Positions 36,541 through 47,392 are shown, counted from the stretch's first letter. The stretch: 64,000 nucleotides of DNA from Acidobacteriota bacterium (GCA_965205505.1 CBDBHB010000009.1:2848001-2912000), one strand, 5' to 3'. Numbers and translations: made by a program. Notes: generated by a model from the sequence alone, not told the origin.

Positions 36541-37944
36541 TCAGCCCATGCCCTCGGTCAGCGTCTCGAGGAAGTCACGATTGCTCTCGGTTTGCCGCAG
36601 ACGCTTGAGCAGCAGCTCCATGGCTTCGTCTGCCGGCACCGCCGCCAGCGCTTTGCGTAGCATCCAGATGCGCTGCAGGTCGACGGAGTCCAGTAGTAGC
36701 TCTTCCTTGCGAGTGCCTGACTTGTTGAGCTCGATGGCCGGAAAGATGCGTTTGTCGGCGAGCTTGCGGTCCAACACGATCTCGCAGTTACCGGTGCCTT
36801 TGAACTCCTCGAAGATCACTTCATCCATGCGGCTGCCGGTCTCGATCAGCGCGGTCGCGACGATGGTCAACGAGCCCCCCTCCTCGACTGCGCGCGCCGA
36901 GCCGAAGAACTTTTTCGGTTTCTCCAAAGCGTTGGCGTCGACGCCACCGGTCAGCACACGGCCCGACGACGGGGTGACCGTGTTGTGGGCGCGGGCCAGC
37001 CGTGTGAGCGAGTCCAGGAGGATCACCACGTCGTGTCCGCTCTCCACCATTCGGCGAGCCTTTTCGAGCACAATCTCGCCAACCGCCGTATGACGACTGG
37101 CAGGCTCGTCGAACGTCGAGTACACGACCTCGCCGCGTACCGACCGGCGCATATCGGTGACCTCTTCGGGTCGCTCGTCGAGCAGCAAGACGATGAGCTT
37201 TACGTCGGGGTGATTATGGGCGAGCGCCTGGGCGATGGCCTGCAGCAGAATTGTCTTGCCCGCGCGCGGCGGCGAGACGATCAGCGCCCGCTGCCCGAAT
37301 CCCAACGGACTCAGCAGGTCGATGACGCGGCCGATGAGGTCATCGCCAGGTATCTCGACCTTGATTTGGCGCTCCGGATGATAGGGCGTCAGGCTCTTGA
37401 ACAGAGCGCGCTCGAGCGCTTTGTTCGGGGTGTCGTAGTTGATGGAATCGATCTGCACCAGCGCGAAGTACTTCTCACCTTGCTTGGGTGGCCTGATGCT
37501 GCCGGCGAGCGTATCCCCGGTAAGCAGATTGAAGCGCCGGATCTGGGTAGGGGAGACGTAGACGTCCTCAGGCCCGGGCAAGTACGAGTGTTCCGCGGAA
37601 CGGATGAACCCGTAGCCGTCGGGCAGGCGCTCAAGCACGCCTTGCTTGTAAACCAGGCCGTTCTCTTTCGCTTGGGCGCGCAGGCAGGCGTCGATCAGCA
37701 CCTCGGCCTCGAGCTCGGTGGGGTTCTCCACCTTGAGCTCGCGGGCAATCTCCAGAAGCGCCGCCGGGCGCGCCTCCATCAGATCGTCGACGCTATGCGC
37801 GTCCTGCAGCAGCAGCGCCGTGTCCTCGTCGCGCGGCGGGGTGAAATTCTGTGGTTGGTTTGGTTGGTCGCGACGCCTTCCACGTCCACCGCGGGAGCGC
37901 CGCCGACCGCGCCGCCGGCGCTGCCGTTGTTGCTGGTCTGTCAT
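36541..37944 (-). CDS. rho: Transcription termination factor Rho
   Basis: [58 protein letters not shown]. Confidence 0.97.
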   Translation of the reverse strand: MTDQQQRQRRRRGRRRSRGGRGRRRDQPNQPQNFTPPRDEDTALLLQDAHSVDDLMEARPAALLEIARELKVENPTELEAEVLIDACLRAQAKENGLVYKQGVLERLPDGYGFIRSAEHSYLPGPEDVYVSPTQIRRFNLLTGDTLAGSIRPPKQGEKYFALVQIDSINYDTPNKALERALFKSLTPYHPERQIKVEIPGDDLIGRVIDLLSPLGFGQRALIVSPPRAGKTILLQAIAQALAHNHPDVKLIVLLLDERPEEVTDMRRSVRGEVVYSTFDEPASRHTAVGEIVLEKARRMVESGHDVVILLDSLTRLARAHNTVTPSSGRVLTGGVDANALEKPKKFFGSARAVEEGGSLTIVATALIETGSRMDEVIFEEFKGTGNCEIVLDRKLADKRIFPAIELNKSGTRKEELLLDSVDLQRIWMLRKALAAVPADEAMELLLKRLRQTESNRDFLETLTEGMG

Positions 37945-38208
37945 GGAGTGAAGCCCCAGTTGGGAGAAAGTCGAGTCGCGCTCCTCTCGTGATTCGCGGA
38001 AAGCTCAGCGACCCGATCGCGCTCGGACACACTCGATCCGGGCGAGCAGTGACTCGGGGGGGCCGGCGCCGACCGTGTTGAGAAAACTGGGCGCCTGGCC
38101 GATTGAGGTCATTGTGTTCGCCACCATATGGGACTGTCAAGACCCATTGTTCGGAGGTCAGGTACGGCCAGCCGCCGTCGACGCGCCAAGACGACCAGTC
38201 TCAGGACA

Positions 38209-38640
38209 CTAGCGCGACTCTTCCTCAGCGAAGGCTTTCAGAACGAAAGCGGCGACGTCGAAGATCTCGTCCTCGGTGAGCAACTCCTCGAATGGCTCCA
38301 TGTCGGTGTCGGGGACACCCTTCGCGGTTGCCGCAATCATCTCTTCGAGGGTGGTCGATTCCATTTGGGTCCAGACGCCAGCGGTGAGGTCGCGCGGTGG
38401 TGTCGCTAGGAACCGGGCCGCCGGGCCGTTGCCCTTACCGTCGTCACCGTGGCACGGCTGGCACTGGTCGGCGTAGAGCTCTTGTCCGCGCTCGAGCACC
38501 TGGGCGTCGATCTGTTGGTAGGCGACACGCAGCGGTGGCGCCGGATTGCCGGTGGTGCCGAGTAGCAGTGTGGAAGCCGCGAGCAAGATGAAACCTCCGA
38601 CATCGATCCATGTCCTTCGAACTGTGCGTAACCGCATCAC
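38209..38640 (-). CDS. Monoheme c-type cytochrome
   Basis: CQPCHG..GKGNGPAA, PRDLT, distal Met in TDMEPF. Confidence 0.88.
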   Translation of the reverse strand: MMRLRTVRRTWIDVGGFILLAASTLLLGTTGNPAPPLRVAYQQIDAQVLERGQELYADQCQPCHGDDGKGNGPAARFLATPPRDLTAGVWTQMESTTLEEMIAATAKGVPDTDMEPFEELLTEDEIFDVAAFVLKAFAEEESR

Positions 38641-40106
38641 TCCTGCCCCTTGTCGAGATTGATATTGCCATTATGCCAGCCGCCCGAGCGCGCTCGCACC
38701 TCGACGGCGATGGCGGCAGCGAGGCCCACATAGGCGGCGTCGAGCTCGTCGTGCTGGCTCGTAGTCAGGTCCCGCCATCCGATGTGCGGGTAGCCGGACC
38801 CCGGTTGCAAGAAGGCCGCGAAGGGCTCGATGGTGCGATGCTCGGCACGCGTGGTCAGCTTCCAGAGTGTGAAGCCGCGTAGTGTCTGGAAGCCGCCTTC
38901 GCGTACCACGTCCGCGAGCGCCTGCAACGCTGCCACGCGCTCGCCAGCGTCTACGGGCTGCGACTCCCAATAGACGCAGGTCCGCTGATCGTCTGTACCT
39001 GCGGTTTCGAGCACCTCGACGCGATCGTAGGAGTACGGGCGTACGGTACTGCCGAGACGGCGGGTCCACCCCAACTCGATCAAGACCACGGGTCGGGAGT
39101 CGCCAAGAAGGGTCAGGTCGGCCGCGATGCGGCGCCAGGCACTCGTCATACGGTCGACGCGTGCCGCAGCCTCGAGGCCATAGACGCTCAGCGGGAAGTA
39201 GGCATTGACGGCCACGAAGTCGAGAGCGTCCCAGAATCCGACCTCCTCGAACTGATCGAAGTTGGCGCCGTAGCTCACCAAGCCGTCGTAGCGCCGGCGC
39301 ACGTGGGTCACGAGATCGCGCCAGAAGGCCTCGTAGCGCGCTCGGCGGGCGTTCAGAGGCTCGAGCCCCACGCCGGAGCCCCCGAGCGTCTGCAGCGTCC
39401 AGGCGCGGCGTACACGCTCCTCGTCGCGGAGAACGGTCTCGAGATCGCCAGCCCCTCCCTCGAGATGCGCCAACGTGCCCGCCTCATCACGCGCTGCGCA
39501 GCGAAGAAGCTCGTTGCGTACGGCCCCCACGCTGACCGGGTCGAGAAAGTACGCGTATAGCTGGGGGAGGGCCTCGAGCGGCGTCGTGGACGACAGCGAG
39601 CTGAGCTCATTGCCGATAACGAACAGGTCGACATTCTCTCGCGCGGCGAGGTCGGCTCCCCAGAGCACGAACTCGGAGTAGCCTTCAAACCAAGCCTGTA
39701 GCTGATCGTCGCGTGGCCAGATCATCCCGTGCCACAGATGGCGATTGGCTGCGAGACCGTGTTCGAGGGCGACACGCATCACCAGCATGACCCGCAACCC
39801 GGCGCGCTTCGCGGCGCGGATTTCGGAGACCACCCAGGGGGCCTCACGATCCCAGTAGAGCGCCGCCTCGTCCCAACGCTGGTGTCGGGCGTAGAGGGTG
39901 ACCTGGACAGAGTCGAGGCCGGCGTCGGCGAGCGCTGCCGCCCAGCGGTCGTGGTCGGGCTCGTTGACCTGGATGCCGCCGAAGAACGTCGGTGGCGCTT
40001 CCTGGGCCATCAGGGGAACCGTGAACACCAGCGTCGTGGCGGCCATGAGGGTGGTGATGCGGGATGGCCAGGAACGGTAGGCCGCCTCGAATCTGTTAGT
40101 TTCCAT
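38637..40106 (-). CDS. Secreted glycoside hydrolase, GH113/GTA TIM-barrel-like
   Basis: signal peptide; IGNEL, SYGANF, FWDALDFVAVNAYFPL, LIELG. Confidence 0.65.
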   Translation of the reverse strand: METNRFEAAYRSWPSRITTLMAATTLVFTVPLMAQEAPPTFFGGIQVNEPDHDRWAAALADAGLDSVQVTLYARHQRWDEAALYWDREAPWVVSEIRAAKRAGLRVMLVMRVALEHGLAANRHLWHGMIWPRDDQLQAWFEGYSEFVLWGADLAARENVDLFVIGNELSSLSSTTPLEALPQLYAYFLDPVSVGAVRNELLRCAARDEAGTLAHLEGGAGDLETVLRDEERVRRAWTLQTLGGSGVGLEPLNARRARYEAFWRDLVTHVRRRYDGLVSYGANFDQFEEVGFWDALDFVAVNAYFPLSVYGLEAAARVDRMTSAWRRIAADLTLLGDSRPVVLIELGWTRRLGSTVRPYSYDRVEVLETAGTDDQRTCVYWESQPVDAGERVAALQALADVVREGGFQTLRGFTLWKLTTRAEHRTIEPFAAFLQPGSGYPHIGWRDLTTSQHDELDAAYVGLAAAIAVEVRARSGGWHNGNINLDKGQE

Positions 40107-40199
40107 AAGGTTCCTTATCATAAAACCAAAGAAGAGAGCAGGCAGCCGAAGAAGGCGCCACTTTGGCGATTGGCCAGGACAATGCAATGGTGGTCAAAG

Positions 40200-41335
40200 C
40201 GGGCGGCCGAAAGGAAGGCGTGCTGCTCCCTACCTTCCTCGCCCAGATTCTCGCCCCGAGTGACGCGATGGACGACGTAGGCGGGCTGCGCCGGAACAAG
40301 TTCGCACGCGTAGCAGCGTGCCGGGGATGACGGTTTGGCTCCACAGCCCGTTGTCGCGCACGAGGCGCCACGGGCTGGAGTCCTGATCCTCGGCAATCTC
40401 GGCCAAGGTCTCGTTCGGTTTGACCTCGTATACCTTGTGATCGCTTTCCCAGCTGAGCGGGATCCTGAGCAACGTTCCGACGGCAAGCGTTTGCAGGTGC
40501 CAGAGCGAATTCTCCGCCCGCAGCTCGTCGAGGTCGATGTCGAGCGTGAAGGCGATGTTGAAGTAGTTGTCGCCGAGCCGTGAGCGATACTCCAGGAAAG
40601 TGCCGTCGACCCGGTAGAGGTTGTTGCGAGGTGCCTGTGGGTAGGCGATCAGCTGCCCTTCGCGCGGCCTTCGCCGCGCCAGGTACGGGTTGTGCAAACG
40701 CAACTGCAGAAGGGTGAGACCGAGCCGCTCCGAGAGCGCCCACCAGTCCTCCCCTTCTGCCACCGTAGTGAGCCTCAATGCCGAGGCATGTCGTCGAATG
40801 GAGCGCTCGTGGAGCTTCAACATGGTGCGGTAGTAACCCACGCCGAGCACGTACTGCAGCGACTCGAGTCGCATCGGTCGACTGCGACCGACCGTGGTCG
40901 GACCGCCGTTGTAGGCCGCCAGCGCGTAGTCCTCGCGGTCGAACCGCTCCACCATCTGGCCGATGTACTTGATGCCGGCCTCGATGTTGGTCTCCACGCG
41001 AAGCGAACGGAAGGTCGCGGGCATCACCTGGAAATAGCCCTTGGCGCCCGCCCAGGAGGTCAGGTTGGCGTTACCGCCCGACTCGTACATGCAGGTTGCG
41101 CGGGCTAGCTCGTAGTCCACCCCGTAGCGGTCGGTGTGCTGCTTGATCACATCCTCGATCTCCATCATCTTGCGGTAGATACCGAGGAGGGACGGTGAGA
41201 AGTCGTCAAGCGGTAGCAGGTCCTCGAAACGGCTGCCGCCCTCCTGCACGAGGGCGGGCTGCGCAGTGACATTTCCGGCGACTCCCAGGGTAAGCGCGAA
41301 GCCGGCCACACCCGAGCTATTGTCCGTGCTGACAC
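40200..41335 (-). pseudogene. Lytic transglycosylase (SLT) plus LysM protein with frameshifts and truncated last LysM
   Basis: YESGG, GYFQVMP, LAAYNGG, LysM YEVKPNETL; signal peptide and final HRVTRGENLG lie in other frames. Confidence 0.75.
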
Positions 41336-41620
41336 GTCTTGAACCTCTCGCTCGCAGGAAGAACTCGCTGTTACATATGCCATTGAAGCAACTCCGGCGT
41401 GGGAGAAGCAATCCCCCCCGCGCTCTCCGCCTGAACTCGCTTGCACTCGAGCACTAGTCGAACGGGCGTCGCCCTCAGAGTTGCGTGTCGTCGGCGCAAT
41501 CATATAATTGGTGCCGCGATTTGCAACGCAGCGCTCACCGCTTGCATCGGCTGGGTTCACTTGCCTTCACCTCAACGCCAGAACCTGAAATTGCGCCTGA
41601 CGATCGAAGCGTTCAAATAC

Positions 41621-42955
41621 GTGCGCGTGCGTCTACCGTACGAGTCCACCAACGACCTGCCGCTGCGCTGGCCGGTAGCTACGCTGGGCGCGGTGCTTCT
41701 CGGCTGGGCAGCGCTGTTGGTGCTGCCTGCCGAGCCGATCTGGTCGCCGTACGCGCAGTTGACCAGCGCAACCTTCCCTGCGCCCGAGGTGCCACGCCCA
41801 TGGCCGCAGTCGGTTGCACTCACGGCCCAGCGTGTAGTGCATGACCGGTTCGCCACCGGCAACACGCTCGATGGAGAGCTACGGCGCGCCGGGGTCAGTG
41901 CCAACACCTCTGCCGCGGTGGTCCGCGCGGCGGCCGATTCGATCAACCTGCGTCGTATCCGTCCAGGTCAGGAGTACCACCTTTATTTCGACGCCGACGA
42001 CACACTCGCTGCGATGCGCTATCAGGTCGATCGCCAGACGGCGTGGTTCGTGGCGCGCGAGGACCAGGTGTGGACGACCAGCAAGGTGGTCATTCCCGTC
42101 GAGATCCGTCCGGCATTCGTCAGCGCGGAGATCGTCAACGACCTGCACTCGGCGCTTGCTCACAACGCTCCGCCCGGACGCTCGATCAACGACCTGTTGC
42201 TGAAGATCGGCGACCTCTATGGATGGGACGTCGACTTCAACTACGACCTGCAAGTCGGTGACCGGCTCGACCTGGTCGTCGAGGAGCGCTTCGTGGAGGG
42301 TCAGTTCCTCGGCTATGGGCGAGTTCTTGCGTCGGAGTTCAAGGTCGGCGGCCGTACGCTCCGCGTAGTGCGATATCTCGATGCAGAAGGTGCCGACCAG
42401 TACTTCACGCCAGAGGGCGCTTCGTTACGCCGTGCGTTCCTCCGTTCTCCGGTGCGGTTCACGCGCATCAGCTCTCGCTTCAGCCCGCGACGCGTTCACC
42501 CGGTGACCGGCGTGGCGCGCGCCCATCGCGGTGTGGATTATGTCGCGGATCCGGGGACGGAAATTGTCGCCACCGCGGATGGCGTGATCCAGGAGGCCGC
42601 ATACGGCCGCGAGCCAGGACGCTACGTGAAGATCAGACATGGCGGTTCGTACAGCTCGGTCTATATGCACATGTCGCGAATCCACAGCGGCATCAAGCGG
42701 GGCGTCGAGGTCAAGCAGGGGCAGACCATCGGTTATGTCGGCAAGAGCGGCAACGCTACCGGGTACCACCTGCACTACGGCCTCGAGCAGGGCGACCGCT
42801 ACGTTGATCCGGTGAGACTTCAGCTGCCATCCGCTGATCCCATTCCTCCGGCTAACTGGGACGGGTTTGTCGAGCAGCGCGATCGTTGGTTCAACAAGCT
42901 GCGTGCCGGACAGGCAGCCCGCACTGCCGTAGTCGCTGGCGGCGGCGGCCCATGA
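41621..42955 (+). CDS. M23 family peptidoglycan DD-endopeptidase (MepM-like)
   Basis: RISSRF..RVHPV, HRGVDY, YMHMS, TGYHLHY; start uncertain. Confidence 0.88.
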   Translation: MRVRLPYESTNDLPLRWPVATLGAVLLGWAALLVLPAEPIWSPYAQLTSATFPAPEVPRPWPQSVALTAQRVVHDRFATGNTLDGELRRAGVSANTSAAVVRAAADSINLRRIRPGQEYHLYFDADDTLAAMRYQVDRQTAWFVAREDQVWTTSKVVIPVEIRPAFVSAEIVNDLHSALAHNAPPGRSINDLLLKIGDLYGWDVDFNYDLQVGDRLDLVVEERFVEGQFLGYGRVLASEFKVGGRTLRVVRYLDAEGADQYFTPEGASLRRAFLRSPVRFTRISSRFSPRRVHPVTGVARAHRGVDYVADPGTEIVATADGVIQEAAYGREPGRYVKIRHGGSYSSVYMHMSRIHSGIKRGVEVKQGQTIGYVGKSGNATGYHLHYGLEQGDRYVDPVRLQLPSADPIPPANWDGFVEQRDRWFNKLRAGQAARTAVVAGGGGP

Positions 42956-43104
42956 CGGGGTGCTGAGAAACTCTGATGGGCCTCGCTTCGGCGGGGGCCA
43001 GATGCAAGGTGGCGCGGCGCTTCGGCGACTGAGGTAGCTCCCCGCGCGGGCGTTGCACGGGGTTCTGTTGCGACGTTCCCCCCGGTTGGTTAGAGTGCGC
43101 GCCC

Positions 43105-44733
43105 ATGCGTGCTTTGGCCTTGACGCTGGAGACCATCTCCGGCCACGCTTCGACTGACGCCAAGGTACAGTCTGCGGCTGCGTATCTGGCGAGCCAGGAC
43201 GCACTACGGGTCGCCACCGCAGCTCGCTTTCTTGCCGGTGCTCCCCTACCCCCTCGTACGCCGGCGACGCGCGTGGGTCGCTCGACGCTGATCGATCTGG
43301 TGGCAGCGTTTGCCGGCGAGGACCGGCGTGAGCTGCTGCGGCGGGCAACCGTGGAGGGTGACCTCGGAATTGCGGTAGGCTCGCTTCTCGAGGGGCACCG
43401 GCGCGCCGCCGGCCCTCGTCTGACACTGACGGAGGTCGCCGAGGCACTGCAGCAGCTCGGCGAAGTAGGCGCGGCGCGGCGCACAAAACTATTACAAGCG
43501 CTGCTGGCGCGCGTCACCCCGCTGGAAGCCAAGTACCTCGTCAAGCTCCTCCTCGGATCGCTGCGTACCGGTGTGCAGGCGGCGCGTGTCGAGGAGGCAA
43601 TCGCGCTGGCATTCGACCAGCCTGCTGCGGCGGTGCGACGGGCGCATATGTTGCTGGGGGATATCGGGTCCGCCGCCGAGCACGCCGCGTCCGAGATGCT
43701 CGATTCCGTAACCCTGCAGGCTCAGCGCCCGGTACGAGTCATGCTCGCGCACCCCTGCAACAGTGTTGCCGCGGTGCTCGAGATCCTCACTCCGCCGGTC
43801 GTCGCGGAGGACAAGTTTGACGGAATCCGCGCTCAACTGCATGTCTCCTCCGGGCAACAGCGGCTCTACTCTCGCGCCTTGGAAGATTTCACCCATTTCT
43901 TTCCCGAGCTGCGCCGCGGGATCGATGGATTGGAGGGCGAGTGGATCCTCGACGGCGAGGTTGTCGCCTGGCTCGACGATCGCTGCCTCTCGTTTGCCAT
44001 GCTGCAAAGTCGACTGGGTCGCAAGCAAGTGCCACTGACCCTACTGCTCGACGCCCCGGTCGTCTTTCTGGCGTTCGACGTGCTCCGCGCCAGCAGCGAG
44101 GACCTGATCGACGCACCGTTGCTGCGTCGCAAGGAGGCGTTGAGCAGGCTGCCCATCGACGGACGTGTCCGGCGCGCCCCCTGGGAGCTGCTGCGTACCG
44201 AGGGTGAGATCGCTGCGTGGTTCGCCGCCGCAGTAGCGCGTGACAACGAAGGGGCGGTCTTCAAGGACCCCGAGAGTCGCTATGTGCCCGGAAGGCGCGG
44301 TCGCTCCTGGGCGAAGCTGAAGCGACCGGTGGGTACGATCGACGTCGTGGTCACTGGCGCCGAATGGGGGCGCGGCAAGCGTGCCGGGATGTTGTCCGAC
44401 TTGATCTTCGCGGTACGCGGCGAAGATGGTTTGGTCGACTCCGGTCGCGCTTACAGCGGACTCACAGACGACGTCATACGCGAGTTGACTCGCCGCTTCC
44501 GCAAACAGACGCTATCGAGCGAGGGCTCGATCCGGCGCCTCGCCCCGGAGGTCGTTCTCGAAGTTGCCTTCGATGAGATCCGGCGGAGTCGCCGGCACCC
44601 GAGCGGCTTCGCCTTGCGCTTTCCACGCATCGTAAGACGTCGAGTCGATCTGACGCCGGACGATATCAGCACCATCGAGGATCTCGAGGAGCTATGCAAT
44701 CAAGGCCGCGGCGACAGCCCGGAACTCGCCTGA
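43105..44733 (+). CDS. ATP-dependent DNA ligase
   Basis: motif I EDKFDGIR, LDGEV, AFDVL, EGAVFK, WAKLK, LRFPRI..RR.D. Confidence 0.93.
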   Translation: MRALALTLETISGHASTDAKVQSAAAYLASQDALRVATAARFLAGAPLPPRTPATRVGRSTLIDLVAAFAGEDRRELLRRATVEGDLGIAVGSLLEGHRRAAGPRLTLTEVAEALQQLGEVGAARRTKLLQALLARVTPLEAKYLVKLLLGSLRTGVQAARVEEAIALAFDQPAAAVRRAHMLLGDIGSAAEHAASEMLDSVTLQAQRPVRVMLAHPCNSVAAVLEILTPPVVAEDKFDGIRAQLHVSSGQQRLYSRALEDFTHFFPELRRGIDGLEGEWILDGEVVAWLDDRCLSFAMLQSRLGRKQVPLTLLLDAPVVFLAFDVLRASSEDLIDAPLLRRKEALSRLPIDGRVRRAPWELLRTEGEIAAWFAAAVARDNEGAVFKDPESRYVPGRRGRSWAKLKRPVGTIDVVVTGAEWGRGKRAGMLSDLIFAVRGEDGLVDSGRAYSGLTDDVIRELTRRFRKQTLSSEGSIRRLAPEVVLEVAFDEIRRSRRHPSGFALRFPRIVRRRVDLTPDDISTIEDLEELCNQGRGDSPELA

Positions 44734-44741
44734 GCAGCGGC

Positions 44742-44975
44742 GTGCTGGCACGGATCGGTTTACCAGCGACACTCGGGATGATGTTTCTTCGCGGGGGCGG
44801 CATTCTCGGCGGCGCCGCTGGGGGTGCGTTTGGCGGAGATTCCGAGCGAGACCCTCGCCGCCTTCGAGCGCTACGCCGACGTTGCCGCAGATGCGGCAAC
44901 GTCGGAGCTGCACGATCCAGATGTTTTTCTGAACATCCGAACGCTCGAGAAGCGTGAAAGGGCGACCGCAGCACT
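44742..44975 (+). pseudogene. 5' fragment of a secreted hypothetical protein
   Basis: signal-peptide-like start split across two frames, then AEIPSETLAAFERY...DPDVFL; runs into the etfA stop at CTAG. Confidence 0.45.
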
Positions 44976-45930
44976 AGTCCGCCTGGAGCGCCTCGATCAG
45001 CGCCGGTACCACCTTGAAGAGGTCATCGACGATGCCGTAGTGCGCGTACTCGAAGATGGGAGCCTGGCCATCCTTGTTGATGGCGACGATCACGTCGCTC
45101 TCCCGCATGCCGACGATGTGCTGGATGGCTCCGGAAATCCCCAGCGCGATGTAGAGCTGCGGTCGTACCGTCGTACCGGAGGAACCGACCTGACGATCAT
45201 GCGGCACCCAGCCCTGGTCGACCACCGGACGCGAAGCTGCCATGACGCCGCCGATCGCCTCCGCCAGCTTCTGCACCAGCGGGAACCTGTCAGCCTCGCC
45301 GAGGCCGCGGCCGCCGGCCACGACGATCTTGGCGTCGGTGATGTCTTCCTCGCTGGGCGCTGCGTGATCCAACGACACGAGCCGGGTGCGTACCGCGGAG
45401 CCATCGATAGCGCCATCGATGCGTTGCACGGGCGCGGCGTCGGCCGCGGGCGCAGCTAGGAACGCTCCGCGCTGGACCGTGGCGATGGCTGTTCCAGATG
45501 TGGTGACGCGCTCGCGTGACACGAGCTTGCGGCGGTATACGGAGCGAGTTCCCACCAGTCCGGCGTCCCACTCGAGTGCGAAGCAGTCGCTGATCATCCC
45601 CGTCGACAGGCGGGCGGCGAGCATCGGTCCGAGGTCACGCCCGAGGGGGGCGTGAGGTAACAGAATCACGGCCGGCGAATGCGTTTCCGCCAGAGCCACG
45701 ATGACCTGCGCATAGCCTCCTGCCGTATAGCCCGCAAGGCCCTCGTCTTCGATCAACAGCACGCGGTCGACGAACGGCGCCAACTGCTCGGCGATTCCGC
45801 TTTCCACGCCGGCACAAACGACGGCCACGACCTCGTCCCCAACCGCGCGGCCGGCCGATGAGAGCTCCGCCGCGCCACGATTCAGCTGGCCTTCCTGATG
45901 CTCCGCTATGATCCAAACGGTCCGGCTCAC
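44974..45930 (-). CDS. etfA: Electron transfer flavoprotein alpha subunit
   Basis: VAGGRG, ASRPVVD.GW, QVGSSG..V.P.LYIA.GISGAIQH..GM. Confidence 0.95.
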   Translation of the reverse strand: MSRTVWIIAEHQEGQLNRGAAELSSAGRAVGDEVVAVVCAGVESGIAEQLAPFVDRVLLIEDEGLAGYTAGGYAQVIVALAETHSPAVILLPHAPLGRDLGPMLAARLSTGMISDCFALEWDAGLVGTRSVYRRKLVSRERVTTSGTAIATVQRGAFLAAPAADAAPVQRIDGAIDGSAVRTRLVSLDHAAPSEEDITDAKIVVAGGRGLGEADRFPLVQKLAEAIGGVMAASRPVVDQGWVPHDRQVGSSGTTVRPQLYIALGISGAIQHIVGMRESDVIVAINKDGQAPIFEYAHYGIVDDLFKVVPALIEALQAD

Positions 45931-46718
45931 AGCACCTTCTCCTCTTGGCGCAAGATACGGACCAACTCGGTGGCCGCCTCGGCCGCCGTGCCTTCGATTA
46001 CGCGGGCGCGCTGCCGCGCTGGTGGCGTTGCCAGGTCCAGCGTTTCTACGCGCGGCGCTAGTGCCTCCTCCGCGACTGCGAGGTCGGCCGGTGTCACCAC
46101 CCGAAGCTCCTTACGCTTGGCTGCCATGATGCCTCTGAGGCTGGGATAGCGCGGTTCGTTGATGCCTGTTTGGATCGTAAGCACTGCGGGCAGCTCGATT
46201 TCCACCTGAGCGTGGTCGCCGCCCTCGAGCTCTCGCCGTACCGACATCTTGCCGTCTACGCTCGGCGAGGTACCGACGACGAGCGTGGTGGACGCGAAGC
46301 CCAGCGCCTCCGCGAGCAGCACCCCAACCTGCGAGGTGCCGACGTCGTCCGATTCGACTCCGGCCAGCACGAGGTCGAAATTGCCCCCCGCCAGTGCGGC
46401 GGCCAGGAGTGTCGCGGTTCCGTGGGCGTCGAGTCGATCCCCGTCGCAATCCACGTGGATGGCCACCTCGGCCCCCATGGCCAGGCCCTTGCGAAGTCCC
46501 TGTATGGCGCCCGCGCTGCCGAGTGTGATGGCCGTGACATCACCCTCACTCGCCTCGGCGAGGCGAATCGCTTCCTCGACGGCGTAGAGGTCATATTCGT
46601 TGACCTCGTAACTCAGGTTGTCGGTGCGTAACCGCCCGTCCGCGTCGAGCTCGACGCGAGCTTGGGGATCGACCACCGCCTTCATGCACACCGCGATACG
46701 CACTTCTTTCCTCCTCAA
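45927..46718 (-). CDS. etfB: Electron transfer flavoprotein beta subunit
   Basis: VCMKAVVD, NEYD.YAVEEA, LAMGA, INEPRYPSL.GIMAAK. Confidence 0.94.
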   Translation of the reverse strand: MRRKEVRIAVCMKAVVDPQARVELDADGRLRTDNLSYEVNEYDLYAVEEAIRLAEASEGDVTAITLGSAGAIQGLRKGLAMGAEVAIHVDCDGDRLDAHGTATLLAAALAGGNFDLVLAGVESDDVGTSQVGVLLAEALGFASTTLVVGTSPSVDGKMSVRRELEGGDHAQVEIELPAVLTIQTGINEPRYPSLRGIMAAKRKELRVVTPADLAVAEEALAPRVETLDLATPPARQRARVIEGTAAEAATELVRILRQEEKVL

Positions 46719-46782
46719 CGGTCAACCTGGAGACCGCCCCGTGCTCGAAGACACCGAGCCGGGCGGTGCGAGGGGCGTGAGT

Positions 46783-46830
46783 CTAGCAGGCCCTTCGCAG
46801 GCCGTGGTGCAAGTGTGGTGGGCCTGCTAG
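46783..46830. repeat. ctagcagg...cctgctag MITE/REP-like remnant
   Basis: ctagcaggccc/gggcctgctag IR enclosing gcaggccgtggtgcaagtgtggtggg, similar to 8856-8882. Confidence 0.7.
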
Positions 46831-46870
46831 TGGGCGCGAGTGCCGCTTCAATGATCGCTGAACGGGGCCC

Positions 46871-47392
46871 TTAGGGGTTGTCATGGTGAGCAAGCCGCTT
46901 GCGGCGCCGCCGCGTGGCCTCCGACATCAGCTGGCGTTGCTCGTCGGTCTCCGCGACGAGGTTCGGGACGGCGGCTGGCCGGCCGTCGTCGTCGAGGGCG
47001 ACGAAGGTGAGGTACGCGGTGGTTGTTTGCCTTACATCTCCGGTGATCGGGTTCTCGCCGTGCACGACTACGCGCACCTCCATCGACGTGTTGCCAGTGC
47101 AGGTGACCATGCCATCCAGGATCAAGATATGCCCCACCGGCACAGGAGCGACAAACGCCATGTCGTCGAACGACGCGGTAACCACTTTGTGCCTGGCATG
47201 GCGAACGGCGGCGACGGCGCCGCAAATGTCGATCAGGTGCATGACGCGACCGCCGCTCACTGTGCCGTGCGGGTTGCTGTCGTTCGGCATGACGATTAGT
47301 GTCATCCGTACGGCGGTGGCCTGCATCGTGCCGATCGGTCGGCGCTGATCGGAGGGACTCCGCGACGCGTTGGCTTGCGAATCCTCGCTCAA
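46871..47392 (-). CDS. Acyl-CoA thioesterase (hotdog fold, YciA-like)
   Basis: MPNDSN.HG.V.GG, VVTAS.D, TSMEV, TFVALD. Confidence 0.9.
   Translation of the reverse strand: MSEDSQANASRSPSDQRRPIGTMQATAVRMTLIVMPNDSNPHGTVSGGRVMHLIDICGAVAAVRHARHKVVTASFDDMAFVAPVPVGHILILDGMVTCTGNTSMEVRVVVHGENPITGDVRQTTTAYLTFVALDDDGRPAAVPNLVAETDEQRQLMSEATRRRRKRLAHHDNP

Noticed and set aside
40205-40245. SRP RNA (GGAAGG..AGCAGC on minus strand)
   Set aside because: Does not form the CAGG-stem-GGAA-stem-AGCA domain; better explained as a terminator-like hairpin.
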